Shown in pieces: positions 38,737 to 48,614 of a stretch of DNA of 64,000 nt. The notes beneath the pieces are model-generated. The model worked only from the letters and a program-made list of their open reading frames with translations. It made no database searches and had not been told where the DNA came from. The stretch lies in IMG/VR virus record IMGVR_UViG_2866474162_000001, positions 1-64,000 of that record. One strand, given 5' to 3'. Numbering within the stretch: the stretch's first letter is position 1; every line of letters begins with the position of its first letter. The position numbers and the translations under genes were made by a program. The stretch is from a virus (lineage: Duplodnaviria > Caudoviricetes).

Positions 38737-39063
38737 ATGCTCGTATGCGTGACGGGGCTGATCGAGATCGTGGTGATGCTGCTCTTCGTCGCGCGGGTGA
38801 CCCGGCTGATCGTCGCCGACGAGATCACCCGCCGACCCCGGGAAGCCATCGTCCGCCGGCTGCCTGACGGCAGCCCGCTGGCGTACCTGCTGTTCTGCCG
38901 CTGGTGCCTATCGGTGTGGATCGCCACGCCGGCCGCCGCGGCTTGGTGGCTGCTGTCCGACGTCCCCCGCTGGTCCCGCCTGTGGTGGGCGGACGTGCCG
39001 ACCGTCGCGCTGGCCCTGTCCTACGCGACGGGCCTATTGGTGCGCGCCGAGCCGGAGGAGTAG
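38737..39063 (+). CDS. Phage membrane protein (DUF1360-like)
   Basis: RVTRLIVADEI...LLFCRWCLSVW; lies just before the portal. Confidence 0.75.
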   Translation: MLVCVTGLIEIVVMLLFVARVTRLIVADEITRRPREAIVRRLPDGSPLAYLLFCRWCLSVWIATPAAAAWWLLSDVPRWSRLWWADVPTVALALSYATGLLVRAEPEE

Positions 39064-39066
39064 CGG

Positions 39067-40947
39067 ATGGCGTGGTGGGGCACGAAGCCCAACGTCGACA
39101 GCGCGGTCGGCCAGGCGACCGCTGTCGTGGCGTCGGCGGCGAAGATGCGCTACGACTCCAGCGGCAGCCTGCGCAAGGTCAGCAAGCAGCAGTGGCAGGA
39201 CGAGGCGTGGCGGCACTACGAGGAGTGCGGCGAGTTCGCGTTCCTGGTCGACCTGATCGCCAAGGCGATGGGCCGCGCCCGGCTGTACATCACGCAGGTC
39301 GACGACGAGGGCCGTCCGATGGAGACGCCCGACCAGGCGCCGGCCGGCGTCAACGAGACGTTCCTCGGCGGCCCCAGCACCCAGGCCGAGCTGCTGCGCG
39401 ATGCCGGCATTCAGCTCGGCGTGCCCGGCGAGTGCTATCTGATCGGCGAGCCGGAACGCGACGCCGAAGGCAAGGCCACCGACCGGGAACGGTGGTTCAT
39501 CGCGTCGGTGGAGGAGCTGACCGAGCGGGCCGGGAAGTACGTCCTCGACCAGGGCGACGGGGCGCGCGAGCTGGAGTCCGACGAGACGGTCATCGTGCGG
39601 ATCTGGGTGCCGAGCCCCCGCAAGCACGCGCTGCCGTCCAGCCAGGTGCAGTCCAACCGGCGGGTGCTGCGGCTGATCGAGCGGCTGACGCAATACGTCC
39701 AGTCGCAGATCGACTCACGGCTGGCCGGGGCGGGCATTCTGCTGCTGCCCAACGAGCTGAGCTTCGTCGCGCCCGAGCAGGAGGAGGACGCCGAGGACGG
39801 GGTGTCGTCGTTCCTGTCGACGCTTACCGAGGCAATGACCACCGCGGTGAAGGACCGCGACAGCGTGGCCGCCCTCGTCCCGATCGTGGTGCAGGGCCCC
39901 GCCGAGCACCTGGAGAAGGCCCGGCTGCTCAGCTTCGCCACGGAGCTGAGCAGCGCAGTGCCGGCGATGCTGGACGGGGCGATCCGGCGGCTCGCGCTGG
40001 GCCTGGACGCCCCGCCGGAGATGCTGCTCGGCATGACCCAGGCCAACCACTGGGGTGCCTGGATGACCGACGAGGCGACGATCAAGTACCACGTCGAGTC
40101 GAAGCTGGAGCTGTTCTGCGCGGCGCTAACCGAGCAGATGCTGTGGCCGGCGCTGGAAGGCGCGCAGGGCGTGGCCGACCCGCGCCGGTGGATCGTCTGG
40201 TACGACACCAGCGAGCTGACGCAGACGCCGGACAAGGGCGCCGACGCGAAGGACCTGTACGGGCTGGGCGAGCTGTCCGGGGACGCGCTGCGCCGGGAGA
40301 CCGGGTTCGGCGATGGCGACAAGCCGACTGACGAGGAGCGGGAGCTGCGGCGGCTGCTTGAGATCATCCGCACGGTGCCGGCGGCCGGGCCGCTGTTGGT
40401 GACCCGGCTGCTGGAGGTCGCCGGGGTGAGCGTGCAGCTCGACCCGGAGGCGTTGAAGCCGCAGCCGGCCCCCGCCGAGCTGGCCGGCGGAGGCGAGCCG
40501 CCCGCCGACGAGGAGCCGGCGACGGAGCCGCCGCCGCCCGGCGACACCGAGGACCGCGGCCCGCCCGAGCAGAATGCGATCGCCGCCGCGGCGGCCGGGC
40601 CGATGAGTGCGCCGTTCGTCGCCGCGTGCGAGGTGCTGGCGCTGCGGGCGCTGGAGATCGCCGGCAAGCGCGCGCTGGGCCGGGAGAGGTACCGGCACCA
40701 GGGGTTGAAGGCGTGGGAGTACCACACGGTGCGCCCGGCCACGCCGGCGTCGGTGCCCCGGCTCCTCGAGGGAGCGTGGACGGCGGTGCCGGCCGTCGCG
40801 GCGAAGCTCGACGTCGACGACGAGAAGCTGACGGCGGCGCTGACCGCGTACGTCGGCGGGCTGCTCGTCACTGGCGCGCGGCACGACGTCGATGAGCTGC
40901 GCGAGCACCTGGCCGCCACCGTCGCCGGGGAGCTGGTGCCGGCATGA
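39067..40947 (+). CDS. Portal protein
   Basis: 626 aa at the head of the morphogenesis operon; WQDEAWRHY, AIRRLALGLDAPPEML, NHWGAW motifs typical of actinophage portals. Confidence 0.85.
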   Translation: MAWWGTKPNVDSAVGQATAVVASAAKMRYDSSGSLRKVSKQQWQDEAWRHYEECGEFAFLVDLIAKAMGRARLYITQVDDEGRPMETPDQAPAGVNETFLGGPSTQAELLRDAGIQLGVPGECYLIGEPERDAEGKATDRERWFIASVEELTERAGKYVLDQGDGARELESDETVIVRIWVPSPRKHALPSSQVQSNRRVLRLIERLTQYVQSQIDSRLAGAGILLLPNELSFVAPEQEEDAEDGVSSFLSTLTEAMTTAVKDRDSVAALVPIVVQGPAEHLEKARLLSFATELSSAVPAMLDGAIRRLALGLDAPPEMLLGMTQANHWGAWMTDEATIKYHVESKLELFCAALTEQMLWPALEGAQGVADPRRWIVWYDTSELTQTPDKGADAKDLYGLGELSGDALRRETGFGDGDKPTDEERELRRLLEIIRTVPAAGPLLVTRLLEVAGVSVQLDPEALKPQPAPAELAGGGEPPADEEPATEPPPPGDTEDRGPPEQNAIAAAAAGPMSAPFVAACEVLALRALEIAGKRALGRERYRHQGLKAWEYHTVRPATPASVPRLLEGAWTAVPAVAAKLDVDDEKLTAALTAYVGGLLVTGARHDVDELREHLAATVAGELVPA

Positions 40948-41174
40948 GCGTGACGATCCTCGCGCCGGGCCTGGTGGCCGCCCACGGGTACGCCTGCCGG
41001 CGATCCGGGCGCGGGAAGGGCTGCGAGCGGCTGCGGTGGACGATCTGCCGCACCTGCGGATGGTGGGGCGACCTGTGGGAGGGCGACCAGCCGCCGCTGA
41101 CCGACGCCGGCCACGTATGTGACCCGGACGCGGTGGCGCGGCGCAACGAGGCGAGGAGGAGAACCGATGGCTGA
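40944..41174 (+). CDS. Small Zn-binding protein
   Basis: ATGA overlap; CRTC, GHVC. Confidence 0.55.
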   Translation: MSVTILAPGLVAAHGYACRRSGRGKGCERLRWTICRTCGWWGDLWEGDQPPLTDAGHVCDPDAVARRNEARRRTDG

Positions 41175-41394
41175 CCCGGAGAGCGTGACCCTGACCCAGC
41201 TGCGCGAGTGTTTCGCGTCGGTGGGCATCGACCTCGGCGGCGACTTCGTGAAGCTGGAGCTGCACGACGACGTGCTGATCGTCCAGCGGCTCATCCGCAG
41301 CCCGGCCGGCCTGCCGGTGTCCCGCCCCGACGGCGGTGTGCAGGTCCAGGGCGTGCAGGTCGCGGTGGTCCCCGAGCCACCGGCGGGAGGCTGA
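41167..41394 (+). CDS. Small hypothetical phage protein
   Basis: GAGGAG RBS, ATG at 41167. Confidence 0.65.
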   Translation: MADPESVTLTQLRECFASVGIDLGGDFVKLELHDDVLIVQRLIRSPAGLPVSRPDGGVQVQGVQVAVVPEPPAGG

Positions 41395-43588
41395 GCCGGA
41401 CCCGTGGCTGCCGCTGCGCCTCGACCAGGAGGCGCGGGTGGTGGCCGCCGAGCGGCGGATGCTGCGGGCCGCCCGGGCGGCGCTGCGCGCCTGGCTGGCC
41501 GACGCGCGGGCGGTGACGCTGCCGGTCACCGCGGCGGCGCTGCCGCCGGACCCGAGCGCGCTCGCCGGCGCCGGGCAGGCGTGGTTCGAGGCGATGACGG
41601 TGCACCTGCTGCCGGCCGCCGAGCAGACGTTCCTGGCGGGCGTGCGCGACGCGGGCGGCGACCTGGAGCTGCTGCGGGTCGGGCAGATGAAGGACGAGTA
41701 CCTGGCGGCGCTGCCGAACCGGCTGGTCGGCGTGCCCGACAGCGCGTGGCAGCAGGTGACGGGGGCCGTCGCCAAGCTCACCGCCGAGGGTGCGAGCGTG
41801 CCGCGCATCCGCGACGCGATCGAGGCGATCCTGGGCGAGCGGTCGTTGGAGGACCGGGCGGTGACGATCGCCCGGACGGAGACGATCGGCGCGTACAACG
41901 CGGGCACGTTGACCGCGTGGCTGACCGCCGAGGACGTCCTCGACGAGAAGCTGGACAAGGTGTGGGTGGCCACGCACGACGAGCGGACCCGGCACGACCA
42001 CCGGGACGCGGACGGGCAGCGGGTCGCCCTGGACGGCGTGTTCATGGTCGGCGGGGTGCCGATGCGGTACCCGGGCGACCCGGCCGCGCCGCCCGGGCAG
42101 ACGGTGAACTGCCGCTGCACGATGATCGAGGTGGAGGCCGACGAGCCCCTGCCTGTGGTCCCGAAGCACCCGTGGCCCCGGCGTGACCGGGCCACCGGGC
42201 TGGATATCACGGTGACGGCGGCGGCAGCCGCGAAGGGTGGCAAGCAGATGGCGACGTGGAAGGGTGTGCTGGCGCCGCTGGGTGCCAAGTCGGGCGACCG
42301 GCGGATCTTCGCGGCGGACGGTGACTGGTCGTTCCGCGACCTGCCGCTGCCGCTGCGGTGGGCGCGGGAGGACGCCCCCGGGCACGAGGGCGCGGTGACG
42401 ATCGGCCGGATCACGGCCGGCGAGGTGCAGAAGAGCCGGCTGTCCGGGGCGGGCGACTTCATCGACGCGGTGCCGGAGCTGGGCGAGGCCCTGGAGCTGC
42501 TGCGCGCCGGGGTGCTGTTCCCGAGCGTGGACCTGGACGACTTCGAGTTCATGTTCACCGACGAGAAGGGCACCCCGATCGAGGACATGTCCGACGAGGA
42601 GTGGGAAGCCTTCATGGAGGCCGGCGAGGAGCCGTACATCACGGTGACCAAGGGCCGGGTCATGGCGGTGACGCTCGTCGGCACGCAGGCGTTCCCCGAC
42701 GCGAAGCTGGAGCTCGTCGCCGACGAGCCGGCCGACGGCGAGCCCGCAGACGAGGAGCCGAAGGAGGAAGAGGCGGTCGCGGCCTCGGGCGCGGCGGCGA
42801 AGAAGCAGGTCGCGCCGCTGTACCCGCCGCGCGCCTGGTTCGACGACCCGGGCCTGGCCGAGCTGACGCCGATCACCGTCACCGCGGACGGCCGGGTGTT
42901 CGGGCACCTGGCGGACAAGGACTGCCACCTGTCGTTCCTGACCGGCGGGCAGTGCGTGATGCCGCCGGAGGAGGGCGGCTTCGACTGGTTCCACCGGCCG
43001 GAGATCCAGACCGCCGAGGGGGACCTGGTCGCGGTCGGGCACATCACGGCCGGCACCGGGCACGCCGACCTGCAGGCGAGCGCGGCGTCCGCCGTCGCGC
43101 ACTACGACGACACGGGCACGCAGGTGGCAGTGGTCCGGGCCGGCCGGGACGCGCACGGCACGTGGGTGGCCGGGGCGCTGGTGCCGGAGGCGACGGAGGA
43201 GCAGGTGCAGCTGCTGCGCCGTTCGCCGCTGTCGGGGGACTGGCGGTGGATCGGCGGGGCCCGGCAGCTCGTCGCGGCGCTGTGCGTGAACGTCGGCGGG
43301 TTCCCGGTGGTGCGGGGCCGGTCGTCGGGCGGCCGGGCGTACGCGATGGTCGCCTCCGGGTGGGCGGGCTGGAAGCCGTCCGACCCGGACGCCGGCCGGA
43401 GCCGCGAGCTGGGCGCGCTATCTCCGGCGGCGTTCGAGGCGGCGGTGCGCCGCGCCGTGGCGGCCGGCTTCGCGGCCGAGCGGCAGCGGGTGGCCACCGC
43501 GGCGCAGGCGGAGCGGATCGCCGCGACGATCGGGCGGGACCGCAAGGCGCTGGTGGCGGCGATGACCGCCACGGTGCACGGTGAGTAG
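41336..43588 (+). CDS. MuF-like minor head protein fused to a probable capsid maturation protease (start uncertain)
   Basis: ARTETIGAYN, KVWVATHDERTRHDH, NCRC (MuF); second domain begins MATWKGVLAP at 42248. Confidence 0.8.
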   Translation: MCRSRACRSRWSPSHRREAEPDPWLPLRLDQEARVVAAERRMLRAARAALRAWLADARAVTLPVTAAALPPDPSALAGAGQAWFEAMTVHLLPAAEQTFLAGVRDAGGDLELLRVGQMKDEYLAALPNRLVGVPDSAWQQVTGAVAKLTAEGASVPRIRDAIEAILGERSLEDRAVTIARTETIGAYNAGTLTAWLTAEDVLDEKLDKVWVATHDERTRHDHRDADGQRVALDGVFMVGGVPMRYPGDPAAPPGQTVNCRCTMIEVEADEPLPVVPKHPWPRRDRATGLDITVTAAAAAKGGKQMATWKGVLAPLGAKSGDRRIFAADGDWSFRDLPLPLRWAREDAPGHEGAVTIGRITAGEVQKSRLSGAGDFIDAVPELGEALELLRAGVLFPSVDLDDFEFMFTDEKGTPIEDMSDEEWEAFMEAGEEPYITVTKGRVMAVTLVGTQAFPDAKLELVADEPADGEPADEEPKEEEAVAASGAAAKKQVAPLYPPRAWFDDPGLAELTPITVTADGRVFGHLADKDCHLSFLTGGQCVMPPEEGGFDWFHRPEIQTAEGDLVAVGHITAGTGHADLQASAASAVAHYDDTGTQVAVVRAGRDAHGTWVAGALVPEATEEQVQLLRRSPLSGDWRWIGGARQLVAALCVNVGGFPVVRGRSSGGRAYAMVASGWAGWKPSDPDAGRSRELGALSPAAFEAAVRRAVAAGFAAERQRVATAAQAERIAATIGRDRKALVAAMTATVHGE

Positions 43589-43598
43589 GGAGGAAGCG

Positions 43599-43757
43599 AT
43601 GGGCTGCAAGTGCGGCGGGAAGAAGCGGAGCAGCATCATGTTTGTGCTGAGCTACGGGGACGGTCGGCAGGGCGGCGAGTTCGCGTCGAAGACGGACGCG
43701 GAGATCGCCGACGTGAAGAGGGGCGGCGGCGGCACAATCCGACAGGTGCAGAGGTGA
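43599..43757 (+). CDS. Small MGCKCG-type head-region protein (52 aa)
   Basis: Hand-called after GGAGG; below the ORF-track length cutoff. Confidence 0.65.
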   Translation: MGCKCGGKKRSSIMFVLSYGDGRQGGEFASKTDAEIADVKRGGGGTIRQVQR

Positions 43758-43760
43758 CAC

Positions 43761-43784
43761 GGGGCGGTGCTGTTGCACCGCCCC
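43761..43784. terminator. Hairpin between convergent genes
   Basis: GGGGCGGTGC-TGTT-GCACCGCCCC. Confidence 0.6.
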
Positions 43785-43796
43785 GGCACGTTTAAG

Positions 43797-44087
43797 TCAT
43801 GGGCCGCCACCTCCGCTCGGAGGTTCGGCGGGGCCCTCGATGGCCTGCGGCGCACTCGCCGCAGTCGTCACCTCGGGTTGAGCTCGCTGCTCCTGGGCCT
43901 CAGCACTCCCGCTGCTGCCCTCTCGCTGCAATGTGATTTTGATGCGGAACGCAACGGCTTTCCAGTCGATCTCGATGGACCCGCCGTTCTTCTCGACCCG
44001 CCTCACCAGCAGGAACGCGAGAAGAATGAGCAGGATCGGGATCACCAGGGGAGTGACCGCGGCGTACGCGCTCGCGGCGACTCCCAC
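43797..44087 (-). CDS. Small membrane protein (moron, antisense to the head operon)
   Basis: N-terminal TM helix PLVIPILLILLAFLLV. Confidence 0.6.
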   Translation of the reverse strand: MGVAASAYAAVTPLVIPILLILLAFLLVRRVEKNGGSIEIDWKAVAFRIKITLQREGSSGSAEAQEQRAQPEVTTAASAPQAIEGPAEPPSGGGGP

Positions 44088-44421
44088 AGTTGCGGACCTA
44101 GCTGACCGTCATGGGCATGTCCAGAGGCCCACCTTTCGTCGCTCGAAGGGGCTGCCTTGGCAGGGCAGGGGGATTGGCCGGCGATACCTCCCGGGTGAGT
44201 GCTTTGAGTTGTCTATCGGTAGGCGTCGATGGTGAGCTGCGCCCGCCCAGAGCAATGCGCATTCCGGTTCGCAGCCGGGATGCCTTGCATCGCGCCCCCA
44301 TCGTGCAGCGCTCGCAGCCTTGATCGGAACTGGCCGCCGTTGCGTTACGCTGTGCGCTGAACCGCCGATGCTGGCTGCGGGCCGGTCGGGATGAGATCCC
44401 TACCGTGCTGAGGAGCCGACG

Positions 44422-46131
44422 GTGGACTTTCAGATCCCTCCGAGCCTCGACGGGCTCGACCTGGACGCGCTGACCGAGCTGGAGAACCAGGCTGTCGCGG
44501 CGTTCGACGCCCTCCGCGACGACCCGGCCCTCGACGCCGATGGCCTCGCCCGGCTGCGGGAGCTGGCCACCTTCGTCCAGTCCGTGCGTGCTGAGCAGGC
44601 GCGGATCGAGCAGGCGGCCGAGCAGGTCGCCTCCGAGCTGGACGACCTGACCGCGACGGTGCACGGCGCTCCGGAGGGCGGCGATGGCGACGGTGACGAG
44701 GGCGACGGCGGCGAAGCCGAGGAGGAGCCGGCCGAGGAGGAACCGGCCGAGGAGACGCCTGCCGAGGAGCCGGCGGCCGAGGAGCCGGCGCCGCAGCAGC
44801 CGACGCCGGTCGTCGCGTCGCTGGCCCGCCGGGCGGCCCGACGCCAGTCGAAGCCGAAGGTGACCAGCGCCGGCAAGTCGGCGGTCATCAAGGCGGCGGC
44901 CGACGTGCCAAACGTGCCGCACGGTCACGTGTTCTCCTCGGTGTCGGAGGTCGCGTCGGCGTTCGACGACAAGTTCGCCGGCTTCCCCCGTGGGGTGGGA
45001 GTCGCGACCCGCATCAAGCAGAACGTGGCCCGGGTGGAGCTGCCCGTCGACCAGGCGCTCGTCGCCGGGGGCAGGGGCCTGACCGACATGGAGCTGGTGG
45101 ATCTGGCCGCGTCGGAGTCGCGGCTGTCGGGCGGCAACCTCGTCGCGGCCGGCGGTTGGGGTGCCCCGTCGGAGACGCTGTGGGAGCTGTGCGAGGGCCT
45201 GGAGACGACGGAGGGCCTGCTGGACCTTCCGGGCATCACGATCCCCCGCGGCGGCGGTATTAAGGTCCCCGCCAACCTGGACTTCCGCGACCTGTACTCG
45301 GGGATCGGCTTCGTGCAGACCGAGGCCGACAGCACCGCGGGCGTGGAGAAGTCCTCGTACCGGGTGCCGACGGTGAACTGGGCCGAGACGCGCCTCGAGG
45401 TGGACGGGGTGCAGATCGAGCAGGACATCGTGCAGAACGCGGTGTGGCCGGAGCTGACCCGGGACGTGGTGCGGCGGACGCTGACCGCCCACGAGCACAA
45501 GATCAACGCGCGGCTGATCCAGCGGATGGCCGCCGCCCCGGGGCAGTCGACGCAGTTCGCGCTGACCCTCGGCGGCGACGTCGACGGCGACGAGACGACG
45601 ACCGCGCTGCTGGGCGCAATCTCCCTCGCGGCGACGGACTACCGGTACCGGTACCGGCTGGGGCGCCGGCAGCTGCTGGAGTGCGTGGTGCCGCTGTGGC
45701 TGATCGACTGGATCCGGGCGGACATGTCGCGGCGGGCCGGGGTGAACTACCTCGACGTGACCGACGAGCAGATCACGGCGTGGTTCACCCGGAGGCACCT
45801 GCGGCCGCAGTTCGTCTACGACTGGCAGGACGGGTACGCCGACGCGGCCGGCAACGGCTTCGGCGGCACCGCAGCCCCGGGCCAGTGGCCGGGCACGGTG
45901 GACCTGCTGATCTACGCGCCGGGCACGTGGGTGAAGGGCACCAAGCCGATCATCGACCTGTCGGCGGTCTACGACTCGACGAAGCTGAAGGACAACGAGT
46001 ACATCGCGCTGTTCACCGAGCAGGCGACGCTGCTGGTGAAGCGGTGCTTCGTGTCCTACAAGGTGAGCGTGCCGCTGTGCCCGACGGGCGTCACCGGCAG
46101 CACCGTGCCGTTCGACTGCTCGGCGGTCTGA
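44422..46131 (+). CDS. Major capsid protein with scaffold-like N-terminal extension
   Basis: Coiled-coil/acidic N-terminus, GGWGAPSETLWELC, position in the operon. Confidence 0.88.
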   Translation: MDFQIPPSLDGLDLDALTELENQAVAAFDALRDDPALDADGLARLRELATFVQSVRAEQARIEQAAEQVASELDDLTATVHGAPEGGDGDGDEGDGGEAEEEPAEEEPAEETPAEEPAAEEPAPQQPTPVVASLARRAARRQSKPKVTSAGKSAVIKAAADVPNVPHGHVFSSVSEVASAFDDKFAGFPRGVGVATRIKQNVARVELPVDQALVAGGRGLTDMELVDLAASESRLSGGNLVAAGGWGAPSETLWELCEGLETTEGLLDLPGITIPRGGGIKVPANLDFRDLYSGIGFVQTEADSTAGVEKSSYRVPTVNWAETRLEVDGVQIEQDIVQNAVWPELTRDVVRRTLTAHEHKINARLIQRMAAAPGQSTQFALTLGGDVDGDETTTALLGAISLAATDYRYRYRLGRRQLLECVVPLWLIDWIRADMSRRAGVNYLDVTDEQITAWFTRRHLRPQFVYDWQDGYADAAGNGFGGTAAPGQWPGTVDLLIYAPGTWVKGTKPIIDLSAVYDSTKLKDNEYIALFTEQATLLVKRCFVSYKVSVPLCPTGVTGSTVPFDCSAV

Positions 46132-46194
46132 GCTACCCGTTTGACGGGGCCGCGCCCAGCTCGGGCGCGGTCCCCAGCCGTGAGGAGATGACGG

Positions 46195-47022
46195 GTGGCG
46201 CAGCCCCTGATGTATGTGGACGCCCCGGCGACGACGCCGTACCGCTTCGGGCTGTTCGCGGCGGCGGTCGTGGTCGACCCGGCCGACCAGCGCGAGTTCC
46301 AGGCCGGGGTGGAGTGGGAGCCGCAGTGCGTCGACGCGCCCGCGCCGACGAACGCGGCGGCGGCCTCGGACGCGAACCGCGCGGCGATGGCCCTGCCGGA
46401 TGGGGTGCCGAGCGTGAAGTCCGGGGTGATCCGGCTGTACGCCGGCCTGACCGGCCGGTCGGTGGCCCGGCCGGACCTGATCGACCGGGCGCGGCGGGCT
46501 ATGGGCCAGGTCGAGCAGCAGTCGCTGGAGCACTACGTGTGGACCGGCGAGGCCGGCACGGAGGAGTTCCTGGCGGCGGCCGACACGGAGGTGCTGGTCG
46601 GCTCGGACGTGGCGCCGTTGCCGTTGGAGGAGGGCGTCGGCCGGCTGGAGGCGCACATCGCCGACCGGGCCGGGGTGCTCGGCGCGGTGTGGGCTCCACG
46701 GTGGACGGCCGGGTGGTTCGTGGGCAAGGGCCTGACGCGGATCGAGGGTCCGCGCATGGTAGCCCCGCTCGGCGACCCGATCGTGTTCGCGCAGACCAGC
46801 GGCGTCGGGCCGGGTGGCGCCGCGCCGGGCGACGGCGAGGCGTGGCTGTACGCGACGGGGCCGGTGATGGTGCGGCGGTCGGTGGTGTTCCTGCCGAAGC
46901 TGCCGGAGGCCCTGGACCGCAATGACAACGAGGTGTTCGCCGTCGCGGAGCGGTTCTACACGGTGGGGTGGAGCTGCGCGACGGCGGCGGTGAAGGTCAA
47001 GCTGCCGGCCGTGCCGGCGTAG
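46195..47022 (+). CDS. Capsid-associated (decoration/minor capsid) protein
   Basis: Follows the capsid gene; YATGPVMVRRS, AVAERFYTVGWSC. Confidence 0.65.
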   Translation: MAQPLMYVDAPATTPYRFGLFAAAVVVDPADQREFQAGVEWEPQCVDAPAPTNAAAASDANRAAMALPDGVPSVKSGVIRLYAGLTGRSVARPDLIDRARRAMGQVEQQSLEHYVWTGEAGTEEFLAAADTEVLVGSDVAPLPLEEGVGRLEAHIADRAGVLGAVWAPRWTAGWFVGKGLTRIEGPRMVAPLGDPIVFAQTSGVGPGGAAPGDGEAWLYATGPVMVRRSVVFLPKLPEALDRNDNEVFAVAERFYTVGWSCATAAVKVKLPAVPA

Positions 47023-47031
47023 GAGGGTGAC

Positions 47032-47367
47032 ATGCCGCTGTTCTACCCGAAGGACCGCGGGGACGCGCAGGTCCTCGCGAAGCAGCTGCTGGAGGCGGCC
47101 GGCGAGGAGCGCCGCTTCGAGGTGCGGACGACGACGGACGGCCCAGCGGGGTTGGCGTTCGACGTGCCCGACGACGTGGCGGACAAGGTGCTGAGCTCCG
47201 GCGACGGCCGGCAGCGTGTGGAGGCTCCCGTGGAGGCCGAGGCCACCGCGCAGGGCACGTCGGCTGACGCCGGGGCCGACGGGTCCGGGGCGGACGCCGA
47301 GCCGGCGGACGGTTCCTCCCAGCCGCCGGCGAAGGCGTCCCGGTCGTCGCGCAGCTCGCGGAGCTGA
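47032..47367 (+). CDS. Small hypothetical phage protein
   Basis: GGAGG RBS. Confidence 0.7.
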   Translation: MPLFYPKDRGDAQVLAKQLLEAAGEERRFEVRTTTDGPAGLAFDVPDDVADKVLSSGDGRQRVEAPVEAEATAQGTSADAGADGSGADAEPADGSSQPPAKASRSSRSSRS

Positions 47368-47464
47368 CCGGTACCCCTCGCCCTGGGCCGCGCCGCCCCA
47401 CCTGGTCCCTTTCCCGTGCCAGGTGGGGCGGCGCTTGTTGTGTGACTCGCTCCACGGACCAAGG

Positions 47465-47517
47465 CGTACATAAAAGTTGTATGGGGGAGTGAAATTCGCA
47501 TACAATGAATATGTACG
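47465..47517 (+). promoter_or_regulatory. Promoter with two 19-bp operators
   Basis: CGTACA-TAAAAGT-TGTATG (47465-47483) and CATACA-ATGAATA-TGTACG (47499-47517); TTGTAT-N18-TACAAT. Confidence 0.75.
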
Positions 47518-47547
47518 CAACGCGCTACCCCTGCAGGAGGGTTTGAG

Positions 47548-48057
47548 ATGGAGAAGCGGGTCAACGAGCTGGTCGCCGAGTTCGGTGTCGAGGCCGAGGG
47601 TGCCGACCGGTACGGGCTGGTCGCCCAGCTGGCGGCGCGGGTGGCGGAGGCCGAGCGGGAGCTGGAGCGGGCGGGCGCCGAGCTCACCGGGGCGACCGAG
47701 GACGCGATGGTCAGCGCGAAGGCGGGCGACCTGCGCACCGCGGTGCGCGGCGACCTGCTGGCCGCCGTGAGCGACAAGGCGGCGGCGTTCGACGCGGCGC
47801 TGATGAAGGTGGCCGAGCGGCGGACCGCCCTGGCGTACGTCGCCGAGAGCGTGAAGGCCAGCCGGGCGAACTTGAGCAAGCCGATGCGCGCCGGCCGGGG
47901 GAGGCCCGGCCGGCGCGGCCGTTTGAGACGAGGGAGATTCACGTGGAGATCGCCGAGCAGCAGGTCGCAGAGGTTGCCGCAGCGCCGGAGCTGGCCGAGA
48001 AGGACCGGGTGCGCTGGGAGGCCCCGTGGGAGCCGACCGAGCGGACCGGCACCGTGA
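47548..48057 (+). CDS. Helical hypothetical protein (3' end doubtful)
   Basis: GGAGG RBS; the last ~55 codons overlap the next gene and look like non-coding read-through. Confidence 0.55.
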   Translation: MEKRVNELVAEFGVEAEGADRYGLVAQLAARVAEAERELERAGAELTGATEDAMVSAKAGDLRTAVRGDLLAAVSDKAAAFDAALMKVAERRTALAYVAESVKASRANLSKPMRAGRGRPGRRGRLRRGRFTWRSPSSRSQRLPQRRSWPRRTGCAGRPRGSRPSGPAP

Positions 48058-48209
48058 TCCAGGTCCGCGACGGCATGGTGTGGATCCAGCAGGACGACGC
48101 CGACAGCACGTGGGTGACCGCGCGGGAGGTGGCGGCGGTGCGCAAGCGGCTGTGCGGCAGCTGCTTCTGCGAGCTGCCGGCGTCGGGCGTGTGCGGCAAC
48201 TGCTGCTGA
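47943..48209 (+). CDS. Small protein with C-terminal Cys cluster
   Basis: LCGSCFCELPASGVCGNCC. Confidence 0.7.
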   Translation: MEIAEQQVAEVAAAPELAEKDRVRWEAPWEPTERTGTVIQVRDGMVWIQQDDADSTWVTAREVAAVRKRLCGSCFCELPASGVCGNCC

Positions 48210-48239
48210 CCGAGAGAGACGAGAGAGAGGGAGCTGACC

Positions 48240-48521
48240 GTGAGCATCGAGCTGTTGGAGACCGAGCCGACCGCCGACCAGTGGGAGGTCGTCGCGCTGT
48301 CCGAGGTGGAGGACGGCGACGTCCTGTCGTTCGACTTGGCGGCGTTGGCCGAGCGGCGACACGAGAGCGTGCCGCGCGTCGACTGGACGCGGGTGATGGA
48401 GGAGGCCGCCGCCGTGGAGAGCATGGACGAGCTGGGCGAGAGCGTGCGGGTCGACTTCTACGACCTGGCCTACCCGACGGTGGTGGGCGTGCCCGAGATG
48501 CAGGTGTTGCGGCTGGTCTGA
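48240..48521 (+). CDS. Small acidic hypothetical protein
   Basis: Coding-like ORF with RBS. Confidence 0.7.
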   Translation: MSIELLETEPTADQWEVVALSEVEDGDVLSFDLAALAERRHESVPRVDWTRVMEEAAAVESMDELGESVRVDFYDLAYPTVVGVPEMQVLRLV

Positions 48522-48530
48522 GCCGCACCG

Positions 48531-48565
48531 AGCGCCCCCGCAGCCGACGTGGCTGCGGGGGCGCT
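48531..48565. terminator. 15-bp hairpin
   Basis: AGCGCCCCCGCAGCC-GACGT-GGCTGCGGGGGCGCT. Confidence 0.65.
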
Positions 48566-48614
48566 GCCGTTCCCGCCGGCGGGTAGCCGCCGGCAGTTCA
48601 CGTGGAGGAAGAGC

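Noticed and set aside
44680-44800. GAGGAGCCGGCC-type repeats in the capsid gene (similar ones at 14330-14600)
   Set aside because: They encode low-complexity acidic linkers (EEPAEE); not a CRISPR or DNA repeat element.
47937-47948. ATTCACGTGGAG as another start-associated motif
   Set aside because: Here the GTG is itself the start codon with a separate upstream RBS, so it is not counted as a true copy.
47880-48057. Arg-rich C-terminal extension of the 47548 ORF as a functional domain
   Set aside because: It overlaps the next gene by 115 bp and has non-coding composition; more likely a lost stop or sequencing error.
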